A DNA stretch of 64,000 bases, taken from the IMG/VR virus record IMGVR_UViG_2563367173_000002, positions 46,562 to 110,561 of that record. One strand, written 5' to 3'. The notes beneath the pieces are model-generated. The model saw only the letters and a program-made list of their open reading frames with translations, searched no databases and was not told where the DNA came from. Position 1 is the stretch's first letter. The number at the start of each line of letters is the position of its first letter. Shown piece after piece: positions 28,707-39,868 of the stretch. The position numbers and the translations under genes were made by a program. The DNA is from a virus (Duplodnaviria; Caudoviricetes).

Positions 28707-29237
28707 TTAATAATATTTTCCTACGACTTTTTTAACTGGTATATCGACAGGGCAATTATTGAGTTTTTCAATTCTTGTAATTTTGATTGGAGATAATCCA
28801 TTTTGGTTATGTACCATAACCACATCTCCTATGTTAAAATCAGCAATACGATCATCCTTCCAGTTACTTGGTATCCTCCATACTCGTTCTTTTTTGCTTC
28901 TTGAATAAAGAAGCGTACCAAAAACATATGTGGTATTAGATTCTCTATAAGTTAATTTTTTTGGTTTAGATTGTTTAGGAAGCATTCTTTTACGGCTCCA
29001 TTTCTTTCTCTTTTTATCTGATATTTTTACTTCTACAATTTCTATGCCAACTTCTTTTAAAACAAGATACTGAATATATCCGTCTATAAGAACATTGTTA
29101 TGATCGACTATAATATAACGATCCTGTTTTTTATGTATTTCCCAATATGCTTTGCATACAGCCACTTTTTCTTCTTTTGGAAGTGTAGTTGAAAAAGAAT
29201 CTTTAATTTTTATGTTTTCAAGTCTCATGTATGTCAC
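28707..29237 (-). CDS. ParB/Srx-like N-terminal domain protein
   Basis: IIVDHNNVLIDGYIQYLVLKEVG. Confidence 0.55.
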   Translation of the reverse strand: MTYMRLENIKIKDSFSTTLPKEEKVAVCKAYWEIHKKQDRYIIVDHNNVLIDGYIQYLVLKEVGIEIVEVKISDKKRKKWSRKRMLPKQSKPKKLTYRESNTTYVFGTLLYSRSKKERVWRIPSNWKDDRIADFNIGDVVMVHNQNGLSPIKITRIEKLNNCPVDIPVKKVVGKYY

Positions 29238-29251
29238 TATATTATCCCTCC

Positions 29252-31429
29252 CTATGCACTTTTCTTTTTTACAGTATTTTTAGCTGCATGAAACTGATTT
29301 AAGCTTTCTTTCATATATAAGTAATTGGTTTTTTGATCAACTTCGTATGTATTATTATTTTTAGCATATTCAGTTAGCCATTCGTCTAAATCAATATCTG
29401 CATTATATGAATAAGCAACCAATGCTAATAAAGATAATTGATTTTCTTTATCTAATAGCTTTGAACCAATTTTAATAGTATTTTCTGTTAGATATTCTAA
29501 CGACTCTTTGTAGAAATCTAAATTATTTGCTGCACTGTCTTTATCCACTCCAACATTCTCTGATATGAATAAAACTTCATTAATATTTTTATCTGATCGA
29601 ATTTTAATATCCACTTCGTTAGTTTCTGTAATATGTAAATATTCAAGCATAAGTTTTTCAAGTAAGTTTATTTTTTTCTCAACAACACTTTTATCTTTTG
29701 TTGACTTTGTTTTTATAAGAATATTATCAAAAGATTCACCATCAATTTCTTTGCTATGTAAAGCATTATTAAATTCTTTCATAAAATCAATAAATTTATG
29801 ATCATCGAAATTAAGCTTTATAAATCTTGAAAAAAGCCCAAACCATAAAAATGAATCTTTCACATTAAATAATTTTGCCACATCTTCATTGCTAACAGTA
29901 GTTAAACGTTCAACAAGAGAATAAAATTCAGTGAAATTAGAATCACTTGCTTCTTCAGTTAAAAATTCGCACATCTTTTCAAAATCACAATATTCATCTA
30001 TAAAATCTGAAACCATAATACTTTCAACAATAATTCTTCTAAGTGCGCCTGATGTATTAGAATTACCAGTATATGAACTTCCATAATATTCTGGCTGAAA
30101 GAACTGCATTTTTGCAATTTTTTCAACTAATTCGGCAAAATCTTCATCTAAACCTAACCATCCATTTTGGGCTTTGTTCATAGGTCTGCTACGATTGAAC
30201 CGTGCAATATCGTCGGCAATATCTTTCTTTGTACAGTTCATATTATATAAAACAGGGATTTGACGATCTTTAAATATATCTTGTAATTCTTCTGGAAGTT
30301 GCGAAAATTTTTTGCTACGAATATCAAAAACTTTCCATTCCATATCTGTAAATCCATCTCCATTTAATACTTCATAACCGTTTTCATCTATTTTAGGAGC
30401 TTGATATTTAATATTATAATTTTTAACATTTTTTGATATAGCAAATCCGTCATTCAGATAGTCATCTAATGTTGTACACCGTTGCTTTCCGTCAATTAAC
30501 CATTGCATTTTTAATCCATTTTTTATTTCTTCTGAAATAATAATTTGTGTAAGTGATTTTCCCCTTAAAATATCAGAAATTAGCTCGCTTTTTGCGAATG
30601 GTTTCCATTGTCCACTATGACGTTGCAAAATATGATCATCCCTGATACGTTTTTTCTTTAATTGTTTACTGATTGACTCAATAGAATAACTTGTATTCTT
30701 GTATGTTTCAGACACATCCTCTGTTACAACAGTTTCATTCATTTCGTATTCCTCCGAATCATATTTTTCATTAAAAAGAATTCTTTTATTATCATAGGAA
30801 CATATAATATTCCATGCATCTCGATATTGTGCATCTGATAAATTCAGCCATTTTTTGATATCTTTTGATGAATACCCCTTCATGATATGTTTTACAATAT
30901 TCTTTTGTATATTAGATAGTCTTTGCAAAAAATTTTCTATCTTATCGCTATATTCATTTGTTTCTTCACCAATAACATCATCAATATTAAAATCAGATTG
31001 TAATGTATCTCCAATAGTTAAACCATCTTCATCTCCAATTGGTGTATCTATAGAAATATTAGATATATATTCTTTTTTCTTTACAGTTTTACCATTTTCA
31101 TCTGTTTCTTCTTTTTTAACAACTACCTGTCTTTTTTCTCTATTTCTATATGTCATTTCTTTACGAACAGAAAATTTAATTACACCAATAGCATAATCCA
31201 TAAATGATTTTCCTTTAGAAGGATCATATGTTTCTCTTGCAATACTAAGTTCATATCCAGCTCTTGAATAGAAACAATCATAATCCATTTGTGACAAACC
31301 ACCGAATTTTAACATTTCCTTGTTGCAAATTTTCTTCAATTTACTTTGGTTATTTGTATAAAAATCTTCAATTGTTGATTCTATTTCTTTTTTTACTAAT
31401 TCTGTATGCTCCATTTTAGACACATCCAA
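29252..31429 (-). CDS. sigma70-like domain fused to DUF262 (GmrS/ParB-like) domain
   Basis: YDPSKGKSFMDYA (region 2), SIDTPIGDEDG (region 3), HTH (region 4); then LQR..W, IDGKQR, RFN. Confidence 0.7.
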   Translation of the reverse strand: MDVSKMEHTELVKKEIESTIEDFYTNNQSKLKKICNKEMLKFGGLSQMDYDCFYSRAGYELSIARETYDPSKGKSFMDYAIGVIKFSVRKEMTYRNREKRQVVVKKEETDENGKTVKKKEYISNISIDTPIGDEDGLTIGDTLQSDFNIDDVIGEETNEYSDKIENFLQRLSNIQKNIVKHIMKGYSSKDIKKWLNLSDAQYRDAWNIICSYDNKRILFNEKYDSEEYEMNETVVTEDVSETYKNTSYSIESISKQLKKKRIRDDHILQRHSGQWKPFAKSELISDILRGKSLTQIIISEEIKNGLKMQWLIDGKQRCTTLDDYLNDGFAISKNVKNYNIKYQAPKIDENGYEVLNGDGFTDMEWKVFDIRSKKFSQLPEELQDIFKDRQIPVLYNMNCTKKDIADDIARFNRSRPMNKAQNGWLGLDEDFAELVEKIAKMQFFQPEYYGSSYTGNSNTSGALRRIIVESIMVSDFIDEYCDFEKMCEFLTEEASDSNFTEFYSLVERLTTVSNEDVAKLFNVKDSFLWFGLFSRFIKLNFDDHKFIDFMKEFNNALHSKEIDGESFDNILIKTKSTKDKSVVEKKINLLEKLMLEYLHITETNEVDIKIRSDKNINEVLFISENVGVDKDSAANNLDFYKESLEYLTENTIKIGSKLLDKENQLSLLALVAYSYNADIDLDEWLTEYAKNNNTYEVDQKTNYLYMKESLNQFHAAKNTVKKKSA

Positions 31430-31611
31430 TCTGATTTATATATTATATATTTCTACACTATGAAAGTATATAGCAGTGCTTATAGCAACATTATTTGTAC
31501 AAATAATTGACATAAGCAATACTGTGTAGTGCAAAAAGCAATATGTCAAGTAATATTTCAAAATAATTCGTTGACATAGGCAACATTGTTTGTTATTTTT
31601 ATATTAACGAG

Positions 31612-31935
31612 GTGGCTACAATGATTTACGATAGACTAAAAATACTTTTGAATGAACTTAATATCTCTCAGCGTCAATTTGCAACAAAGATAAATCTTGA
31701 TCCTGGATATTTTTCAAAAATCATGCGTGGTAAGGTTAATCCACCAGATCGAATTTTATTACTTATTGAAAATGTCTTTAATGTAAACAAAGACTGGTTA
31801 GAAAATGGGGTAGGAGAGATATTTCCCAATCAAGGAGTCTCGTTAGCTAAAAAACAGGTTTTAGATTCAATTGATACTTTAACTGATGAACAAATAGATG
31901 CTGTATCTGCTTTTATCAAATATTTAACTGAATAA
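31612..31935 (+). CDS. XRE-family HTH regulator
   Basis: ISQRQFATKINLDPGYFSKI...VNKDWL; upstream repeated TTGACATA(A/G)GCAA boxes. Confidence 0.8.
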   Translation: MATMIYDRLKILLNELNISQRQFATKINLDPGYFSKIMRGKVNPPDRILLLIENVFNVNKDWLENGVGEIFPNQGVSLAKKQVLDSIDTLTDEQIDAVSAFIKYLTE

Positions 31936-32325
31936 TATTTTTATGATTATTGTTTCCTTTCTTTTATGAGGTGATATATATGACTACTAATAATCAAGAT
32001 ATACCATATCTGTAGATGATGATATGTTCCCCCAAATTGAAGTTTTTCGTTTTAAGCATCGTTATCAAATACATTCAGAAGCTACTGTTTAACTAATACG
32101 CTTAGGACTTGATCTTTTTGGAAAAGAAACAGGATGAGGAATAATACTATTATCCCTTTTTCTTATGTATTTGTAAATCTTTTGATAATTTCCTGAAAGT
32201 TTGTAAATTTAGTATATTTTCTATACTTACAATTTCCACATTCACAATATGGTTTATGTAAAAATTGTTTGCTTCCATCTTTATTTTTCTTTTGCTCATA
32301 TCTTGTCCCAGTAATACTCATTACT

Positions 32326-32940
32326 TTATTGCATGTTTTGCATATCATCTGATTCCTCCTCTATAATTCTGAATCTGTACTTTCTACCAATTAACCCCTT
32401 AATAGCTTTTTTAACTTTTTCACGTTGTAAACATGTAGGATTTATTTCTTTTAAAACATTTTCTACAATCAAGATCTCATCTTTATATTCCCTTCTTTTC
32501 TTTCGATTTTCACGAATCCTTTTGTATATTAACCATCCGCCATATAAATCTAACGGCTTTTCCATTTCGATAATATGTAAAATATCAAGAAGTTCTTTAT
32601 CTGATTTTGTTAAATCTCCAATCAAATCCTTTTCTCTATTTTTTGCTTCATTTATAATATCAGCGCAAGTTCCAAATTTTTCAATCCATCTTGTTACGTT
32701 CTTTGGAACTTCATATTCCTTATTTTCTAATTTTCTTTTGTTTTCTGATTTTGGTTTTATTTCTGGAACAGCTTCTACTTCAAATTTTAATCTTTGAAGA
32801 TTCTTTGGAAGATGTTCCAGAATATTTTTTGCTTTAGTAAATTCAAAAATATCCTTTTCAGTTTCTGAGCAGGTTTCAGCTTTCCCATTTTTGCTTAATT
32901 TTATATACAGTTTTTCGTAATTTCTTATTACATATTTAAT
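32326..32940 (-). CDS. hypothetical protein, probably with an ATT start upstream of the called ORF
   Basis: The frame stays open upstream to ATT AAA TAT GTA (IKYVIRNYEK) after GAGGCG; includes DILHIIE..RENRKKRREYKDE. Confidence 0.5.
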   Translation of the reverse strand: MKYVIRNYEKLYIKLSKNGKAETCSETEKDIFEFTKAKNILEHLPKNLQRLKFEVEAVPEIKPKSENKRKLENKEYEVPKNVTRWIEKFGTCADIINEAKNREKDLIGDLTKSDKELLDILHIIEMEKPLDLYGGWLIYKRIRENRKKRREYKDEILIVENVLKEINPTCLQREKVKKAIKGLIGRKYRFRIIEEESDDMQNMQ

Positions 32941-34007
32941 TGTTTATCGCCTCTTTTCTCATTGAAATATTTGTCAAAACTTTTCTTTATCTCATTTAAT
33001 CGTGTTTTAACTGCAGAGTTTTTCCCTGTTCCCCTTCCAGCAGCTTCATTGTATGCTTTTGATATAGTTGGTGATTTTTTACCAGAGAAAAAATTTACAA
33101 ACCATTCCATCATTTCTTCATCCGATATTCCAGTTTCAATAGATTCTGCAATTACAGGCACAATACTAATTATATGTGTTCTTGCATATATTCTTTTTGC
33201 AATTTTCTTGTCTTCAATAAGTGAATGAATGTTATAAATACGATCAAATACATTTCCAAGTAAGATTTCATCATTCTGTGTAATATCAACTTCTTTCATA
33301 TATGGTCTAATCCACTTTGTATCAGTAGAAACATTTTCATCATTTAGAACGGCGTGTGCTTTTACTATCAAATCTTCATTAACATGTCCATCTAAAGCAG
33401 TTTCACTTAATGCATCTGTAAACACCTTGTGCTTTCCAAGTTTTATAATTTGATCTTTAGACTTCGCTTTTACACGATTCATCGTTGCAGCATTTAAAGT
33501 TTGTCCGTTATTCAAGTTATAAAACGTATCAGCAACTTCTTCCTGTTCTGCATTATCTGTATAGCAAATTGTAAAATTGTAATCTTTGACAGATTCCTGA
33601 AAGCATGTTGGAAGTTCACTGTATTTTAATCCATTAAGATCAATTTCTTCTAATTCTCCATCATCATTTATAACCATAAATGTGTCTAAATCACTTAATG
33701 CAAATTCATCGTTAAGAAATTTCACCACAGTAAGTGCTCTCTGCTTTCCATCTTCTCCTTCAAATACATCATCTACCTTATTGAAATATAACGGAGGAAC
33801 TGCTCTTTCTAGAATTAAAGAGCGAATAAATGAAGATTTCTTTTCATTTTTCTTCCATACATATCCTCTCTGGATGTCAATATTAAAATTTACAGTACCA
33901 TCAGCTATTAATTCTGCAAGTTTTCTTGCTGTCCAATGTATTTCTGAATTTTGCGCTCCTTTGATAATCTTCATGATAAATTCCTCCGTTTTTTGCTTTA
34001 TTTGCAA
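32928..34007 (-). CDS. DUF262 domain protein
   Basis: IQRGYVW, FIRSLI..VPP, DGKQR, FYNLNNG. Confidence 0.8.
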   Translation of the reverse strand: MQIKQKTEEFIMKIIKGAQNSEIHWTARKLAELIADGTVNFNIDIQRGYVWKKNEKKSSFIRSLILERAVPPLYFNKVDDVFEGEDGKQRALTVVKFLNDEFALSDLDTFMVINDDGELEEIDLNGLKYSELPTCFQESVKDYNFTICYTDNAEQEEVADTFYNLNNGQTLNAATMNRVKAKSKDQIIKLGKHKVFTDALSETALDGHVNEDLIVKAHAVLNDENVSTDTKWIRPYMKEVDITQNDEILLGNVFDRIYNIHSLIEDKKIAKRIYARTHIISIVPVIAESIETGISDEEMMEWFVNFFSGKKSPTISKAYNEAAGRGTGKNSAVKTRLNEIKKSFDKYFNEKRGDKQLNM

Positions 34008-34924
34008 ATTGTAACTTTCTTTTCATTTTCTATATATATTTTCTTTTCTATTCCAAGTTTGTCACATAACATGTCTTCAACATACAACACGCAAGATACT
34101 CTATGATCTCTTTTTGGATATTTTGTTTTAGAATTTGCACTAAACAAAGCTGGATCGATCTTACGTAATTCTTTTGATAAAAATGTATGTATTTTCTTTC
34201 TGTTCTTTGGATGAGCGATCCATATCTCCCGTAAAGCTCTCATAACAAAAGTAGCATAACCGTTTGGCTCTTTATTCCAGCCTGCATTTTCAATAATTGA
34301 AAAAATAAAATCTAAGCATTTTTCACCATGCACTTTTGCAATCGAATATGTATCTGTATAACTTCCAAGTACGGATTCTTCTCTATTTCCCTTTGTACTA
34401 ACAAATTTGATACCGTATTTATTCAGAAGCTTATCTAAAATTGTTGCGGCTTCATCGCCAATAATTACTCTTGAAAGATGTTTCTCAAGTGGCTTTACAT
34501 TTTCTACTTCTGAATCTTGTCCAATAAAATATTCTGCCTCAAATTTTAAACGCTCATTCAGATCTTCAGGTGCATCCATAAGAATAATTGCATTGAGACG
34601 ATCCATTCCCTTCTCAGGAGCAACTAAGCATCTTCCCTGACCATCTACAACCGCAAATCTGTATTCTTCTGGATGTGGAACCAAGATAATAGGAGTCAAC
34701 TTCCGTTCATCCCATTTATTCTTAAGTCTGTTCAAATGTTTATGTGTTCTCATTCCTTGATAACGCCAATCAACAAAGCAACAAGATAACGGAACTACGG
34801 CACTACCTGTAAGTGTTCTCTGTGCTTTTCCTTTTCCTACTGTCATAAGTGGTTTGATATTTGCTACAATATCATTAAACTGCATTCTTTTTGTTTCCTC
34901 ATTCATTGTTGCAACTGTGTTCAT
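33998..34924 (-). CDS. ParB/Srx-like protein (DUF6551-like)
   Basis: VDWRYQ, WD...PI, VVDGQGR. Confidence 0.7.
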   Translation of the reverse strand: MNTVATMNEETKRMQFNDIVANIKPLMTVGKGKAQRTLTGSAVVPLSCCFVDWRYQGMRTHKHLNRLKNKWDERKLTPIILVPHPEEYRFAVVDGQGRCLVAPEKGMDRLNAIILMDAPEDLNERLKFEAEYFIGQDSEVENVKPLEKHLSRVIIGDEAATILDKLLNKYGIKFVSTKGNREESVLGSYTDTYSIAKVHGEKCLDFIFSIIENAGWNKEPNGYATFVMRALREIWIAHPKNRKKIHTFLSKELRKIDPALFSANSKTKYPKRDHRVSCVLYVEDMLCDKLGIEKKIYIENEKKVTICK

Positions 34925-35182
34925 ACTTGAATCCTCCTTAATATGTATTTTATTATTGTTTGTATTTTCTACTTATGTCTTTGGATATATAGTGAATTTT
35001 CATCATCTTTTTTTAAATAATGTGTTCTTTGTAAAAGTAACTTTAGATCTTTTCATATTATTTCATTCCACATTTAGTGATAAAATAATTTGTGATAATA
35101 TCAACTCGTACGAACCGATTTAACTAGAATCTATTATGACAAATCTTACTGCGTCTGTCACTATGTTTTTTGGGGTGGGGAA

Positions 35183-35573
35183 TATGCAATTTAATGAAAA
35201 TTTAAATGAATTACGTAAATAATTAAATTTATTACAAAAAAATGTTGCGGATTTTTTAGGTGTATCTGTTATAACAATTCGTCAATATGAGCAAGGAACT
35301 CGTGAACCAAACATTAAAAAATTATTAAAACTAGCCGCGTTTTTATGTATCTCTTGACGATTTATTGTGTTTTGATGATTTTAAAAAAGTTTTCTCAATT
35401 TTCTCTGATGAATACTAAATAAATCTTCCAGCATATCCCATGTGTTTATTGAACCAAGTCGCTTTCCAGATTCTATTTATCTATAACCTATTTCACTTAT
35501 TCCTAAATATTCTGCAACTTGTTTCTGTGTCATGCCCGCTTTTCGGTGGCTTCTTTTAGATTGTTCCTCATTA
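35183..35573. pseudogene. pair of degenerate XRE/Cro HTH genes on opposite strands
   Basis: + strand MQFNENLNELRK*...LLQKNVADFLGVS..IRQYEQGTREP; - strand MTQKQVAEYLGISEIGYR*IESGKR; stops and frameshifts in both. Confidence 0.55.
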
Positions 35574-35626
35574 CATCACTTCCTTCCCCGTTTAAAGATA
35601 TCCAGACTCGCATTTTCGTCACACTC

Positions 35627-35860
35627 TTAAACAATTCCAAAGATACAAGCCAACCTGTAAAGTAAATTTCTTTCACGCTTTATTTTTCTTTCTTCTTCCC
35701 TCTGTGCTTTTCTCTTCATACGATCTGAAATAGCAATCTGAATATTTATTTCCTGATACTCTATCATCTGAGTAGGAGTTAATGCGCTATATGGTGTTTT
35801 TAATGAACGATCTATAATCTCTGAACCATCTGCACATGTGATAATTCTAAATTCATACAT
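35627..35860 (-). CDS. hypothetical protein
   Basis: 77-aa ORF with GAAAGGA RBS. Confidence 0.55.
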   Translation of the reverse strand: MYEFRIITCADGSEIIDRSLKTPYSALTPTQMIEYQEINIQIAISDRMKRKAQREEERKIKRERNLLYRLACIFGIV

Positions 35861-36131
35861 AATTTTTTCTTCCTTTCTTTTTCTAGTTTTTTGTGATATA
35901 ATTTGATTGGTTTTTTTAATAGGATTTTATTTCTCTTTTATTTGATAAAAGGCAAGGCGTGCTTGGTATACGGTTGCTTTATCTTGCAATGATCATATCA
36001 CCAGAAACGTGATATTCAATTGACAATATCACTAATAATCGAGATGATATTTTGTAAATTTTGTCACTAGTAATCGTGATGTTGTTATAGTATATTTTAC
36101 TCATACATTTACTAACAGGAGGTTTCATAAT

Positions 36132-36358
36132 ATGCCAATAAGCTACCGTAAATTGTTATTAATTTTTGAAGAAAAAGCATTACTTCTTATACTATTAAGA
36201 AGGAAAAGGTTATTGGTCAATCTGCATGGAAAAAGATTCATGAAAACGGACATATTGACACACGAACCATTGAATCATTATGTAAATACCTTAATTGTCA
36301 ACCTGGTGATATTTTTGAGTATATACCAGACGATGAGCCAAACTCACAATCTAAATAG
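36132..36358 (+). pseudogene. HTH_26/Cro-like regulator with a 1-nt deletion
   Basis: MPISYRKLL...EEK / ITSYTIKKEKVIGQSAWKKI...TIESLCKYLNCQPGDIFEY in a shifted frame. Confidence 0.6.
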
Positions 36359-36997
36359 CAATAACAAAATCAAAAAAGGTGTAAAGTCTTGATAATTTAT
36401 TAAGACTTTACACCTTTTTTGATTAGTGGTTAATATTTAGTTGACTGTTAATGATGGTTTTTGATACAACTTGCGATTAATTGCTTTTTTTTCAAATTCA
36501 ATTTGTTTTAAAACATTTTCAGCATTATCTTTTTTTGCTTCAATTTCTAGCCTCTCTAAAAGCGTAAGTTGATCAAAAAGATAACAGTTTAACTCCTTTT
36601 CATTATTTGGCATACAATCACCCGTCTCTCTTTAATAATTTTCACTGTTTGTTACATTTTAATTATAACGGATTATGTAAAAAGTGTAAAGCCTTATTAA
36701 ATTGTCAATGTACCAATTGCGTTTAAAACAAACCCATTATTTTCTTCTTTTCATATTTGACTGATTGTGTTATAATTACTATCAACGTTAAATTAAAAAT
36801 GACATTATATTACCTATAAAAAATAGGAAAATGTTCAGTTTTTATTGACTTTTTACCGAAAATATTCTATTATAATATAAAAGAAAATATTCAATGCAAA
36901 TAGATTATTTTCTACATGCAGATACTATACTAGAAAATTATCCTTATGTCAATAATGAAATTAGATTTTTTTCTGTAAATTAAAGGAGGTAAATATT

Positions 36998-37426
36998 ATG
37001 TCATTAAAAACCCGTGTGAAAAACCTTGCTAATGAACATGGAATGAGCTTAACCGTACTTGAATCTAAACTCGGTTTTGGTAATGCCACTATTACAAAAT
37101 GGGATAAAAATACGCCTAATGCCGATAAGTTAAATACAGTAGCTCAGTATTTTGGTGTAAGCATGGATTACTTATTAAACGGTATTGATCAAAATGGTCT
37201 TTCTGAAAAAGATAACCGTGATATCGCAAAAGATTTAAACAGTCTCAAAAGAAAACTAACCAACCGTGAAGACGGCCCAGTAAACTTCGACGGAAATGAT
37301 ATACCGGATGATGATCTGGATATGTTTCTTGGACAAGTCGAAATCATGCTCAGACGTTTAAAACCAATTAACAAGGAAAAATATAATCCAAACAAACATA
37401 AAAAGCAGGTGGATACATTTGAATAA
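36998..37426 (+). CDS. CI/ImmR-like XRE repressor
   Basis: HTH MSLTVLESKLGFGNATITKW...VAQYFGVSMDYLL; adjacent to an ImmA-like gene. Confidence 0.85.
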   Translation: MSLKTRVKNLANEHGMSLTVLESKLGFGNATITKWDKNTPNADKLNTVAQYFGVSMDYLLNGIDQNGLSEKDNRDIAKDLNSLKRKLTNREDGPVNFDGNDIPDDDLDMFLGQVEIMLRRLKPINKEKYNPNKHKKQVDTFE

Positions 37427-37901
37427 AAACATAAAACATATTGTTGATTATTATGTCAAAAAATGTGATAGCAGAAATCCATTTGATATTGCTGATTATT
37501 TAAACATTCAAATTCAAATAGGACAACTTGGTACGCCTTGTGGATGTTATATGTTTCTTAAAAACCATAGGTGTATATTTCTCAATGAAAATTTATCTGA
37601 AAATGAAATGAATCTTGTAATGTCGCATGAACTTGGACATGCTATCATGCACAGAAAACTTAACTGCTATTTTATCCGCAATAAAACATTATTACTTGAT
37701 TCTAAAATAGAAATAGAAGCTAATAGTTTTGCTGTAAATTTGCTTATACCAGATGAAATTATAATGGAAAACATGAACTATACTACAGAACAACTTTCGA
37801 TGTTACTTGGATATAACCAGAAATTGATTGAGTTACGCTTAAAATCATTTAAAAACGAATCGAAACAACTTGATTTTATTAATAAAATATGTAATAATTA
37901 A
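37419..37901 (+). CDS. ImmA/IrrE metallopeptidase (anti-repressor)
   Basis: HELGH and EIEANSFA. Confidence 0.85.
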   Translation: MNKNIKHIVDYYVKKCDSRNPFDIADYLNIQIQIGQLGTPCGCYMFLKNHRCIFLNENLSENEMNLVMSHELGHAIMHRKLNCYFIRNKTLLLDSKIEIEANSFAVNLLIPDEIIMENMNYTTEQLSMLLGYNQKLIELRLKSFKNESKQLDFINKICNN

Positions 37902-38044
37902 TAATAGCATAACGTATCTGTTATGTTCAAATTCTGCCTATCAGGTTATGAATTTGTGTGTATGTATAAAGACCTGTTCGAATCAGAGGTGCGCCAACAC
38001 CGTTTGTATGATTTGATGGGTCTTTTTGTTTTCCATTATAAGTA

Positions 38045-38584
38045 TTAATATGAATCTATTATGCAGTTTCTGATATTTTTTAATTGTGATGCGTCATCTC
38101 CTTCTTTTACAAAATAGTATATATTATTATTTATTTCATCTATTCCGCAATATCTATCAGACACTACTGATATGTTGTTTTCCACTTCTCTTGAATATAA
38201 TGGTTTTCCTAAACTTTTTCCATATCGTTCAATTAATGCCTGCTTTACATCTTGGTTTTCTTCTGTTATTTCTTCTATTAACTTCATTTGTTTTATTTTA
38301 TCTGTTTCATCCATTTCATCTATTACTGATTTGAAAAAAGGAATTTCTAATATATCTTTAGATGGAACAGATATTTCACAATGTGCCGACAGATAAGTTA
38401 TATTTTCACCTTCACGTCTTCGCCAATTATATGCAAACCATTGTAACTTGACTGCAATTTTAAAATTTAAGTCTAGTATGTTAAAACGGAATGATGATTG
38501 ATTGATACTGGTAAAACACGAAAAAACCTTATCTCCAAATAAACCTATATCAGGTAATATAAACCATCTATTAACCACATTCAA
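38045..38584 (-). CDS. hypothetical protein
   Basis: 179-aa ORF with AAGGAGG RBS. Confidence 0.55.
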   Translation of the reverse strand: MNVVNRWFILPDIGLFGDKVFSCFTSINQSSFRFNILDLNFKIAVKLQWFAYNWRRREGENITYLSAHCEISVPSKDILEIPFFKSVIDEMDETDKIKQMKLIEEITEENQDVKQALIERYGKSLGKPLYSREVENNISVVSDRYCGIDEINNNIYYFVKEGDDASQLKNIRNCIIDSY

Positions 38585-38711
38585 ATGATCGCCTCCTTTA
38601 TTATTAATTTAAATAGTTTAATGACTTATATATATAGTATATAAGGCTTATTTGATGTTGTCAATATATTTTTTGGAGTTTTTATAATTTATTTTATCTT
38701 ATCATAGTTTA

Positions 38712-39056
38712 CTAACAGTTAAATGAACATGAGAACGGATGAAGCATGATTAACATATCATGTTTTATTCCAATAGGAAGTATATTAAATATATCTTTTT
38801 GCAATTCTGTGTACATAGATAATATTGAAACTCCATCCTCTTCGTCATCTTCATTTAAAATAAAAGTATTACAATTTTTTATTATTTGCAGTCCTTTTTC
38901 TTTATCAATTTCTTTTTTTGGAATCGGTATTCCTTTTTTTAAATCATAAGATAACAAGATAAATTTGTTGTATCCGAAATATTCATTTATTTCAAGTAAA
39001 TTAGCTTCCATTAAGCGAATAGCCTGAAGCTTAGTGATACTAACTAATTTTGACAT
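38712..39056 (-). CDS. hypothetical protein
   Basis: 114-aa ORF downstream of the PemK-like gene. Confidence 0.5.
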   Translation of the reverse strand: MSKLVSITKLQAIRLMEANLLEINEYFGYNKFILLSYDLKKGIPIPKKEIDKEKGLQIIKNCNTFILNEDDEEDGVSILSMYTELQKDIFNILPIGIKHDMLIMLHPFSCSFNC

Positions 39057-39077
39057 TTTATTCTCCTTATTAATAAT

Positions 39078-39464
39078 TCAACTCATCTTCAATTCTTTAA
39101 GATCAGCATCACGCTCCCCATATGCTGCTGAATAAATAAAACATTTAAATATATCTTTTTGCAACATCCTGTCTTCTATATGACCAATCTTTTTTGCCTT
39201 TTCTTTATTAATTGTTGAGATTTGTTCTGCTAATAGTATAGAATCTCTTTTCAAACCATTTTCTTTGCTATGTTTTATAAATAAATGAGTTGCTTGTTCT
39301 AAATTTTTTAATCTTGATGTTAAAGGCATCACAATAAGCGTTGGAGAATATTTATTTCCAATATTATTTTGAATAACAATACCTGGACGGTAACCAGATT
39401 GTATAGAGCCATCATTATCTGGAAATTCTCCAAATATAACGTCATATTTATTAAAAGTAGTCAT
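39078..39464 (-). CDS. PemK/MazF-like protein (no adjacent antitoxin)
   Basis: GSIQSGYRPGIVIQNNIGNKYSPT..P.TS, DS..L.EQI. Confidence 0.8.
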   Translation of the reverse strand: MTTFNKYDVIFGEFPDNDGSIQSGYRPGIVIQNNIGNKYSPTLIVMPLTSRLKNLEQATHLFIKHSKENGLKRDSILLAEQISTINKEKAKKIGHIEDRMLQKDIFKCFIYSAAYGERDADLKELKMS

Positions 39465-39868
39465 TGTAATGCCTCCTTCCACACATTCATTGCAGTTCAT
39501 TTGTACTTGTCATTATGAAGTATATATATTATTTTTTATATTTAATTCCTTTTGTGTATAAGATACTACAACTCTAGTGAGGTGTATACGTATGAAAATA
39601 TCTATACAGAAGAAATTAAATAATATAGAAATAAGTAGATATGAATTAGCTAAAAGGGTTGGTATAACTTATCCAACAGTTGACAATATCTATAAAGGAA
39701 TTTTTTTTAAACATTAGAAGCTATATGCAAAGAACTTAATTGTACTCCAAATGATATATTTATATCAGACGATCCACATATACAGCAATTACTTTCAAAT
39801 CTGTCAATTGTCAATAAAGAATAAATATTTAGGACGATATTTAAAATAATATCGTCCTAAACTATTTT

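Noticed and set aside
32928-34007. GmrSD type IV restriction system
   Set aside because: DUF262 is present but no DUF1524/HNH nuclease domain or partner is seen.
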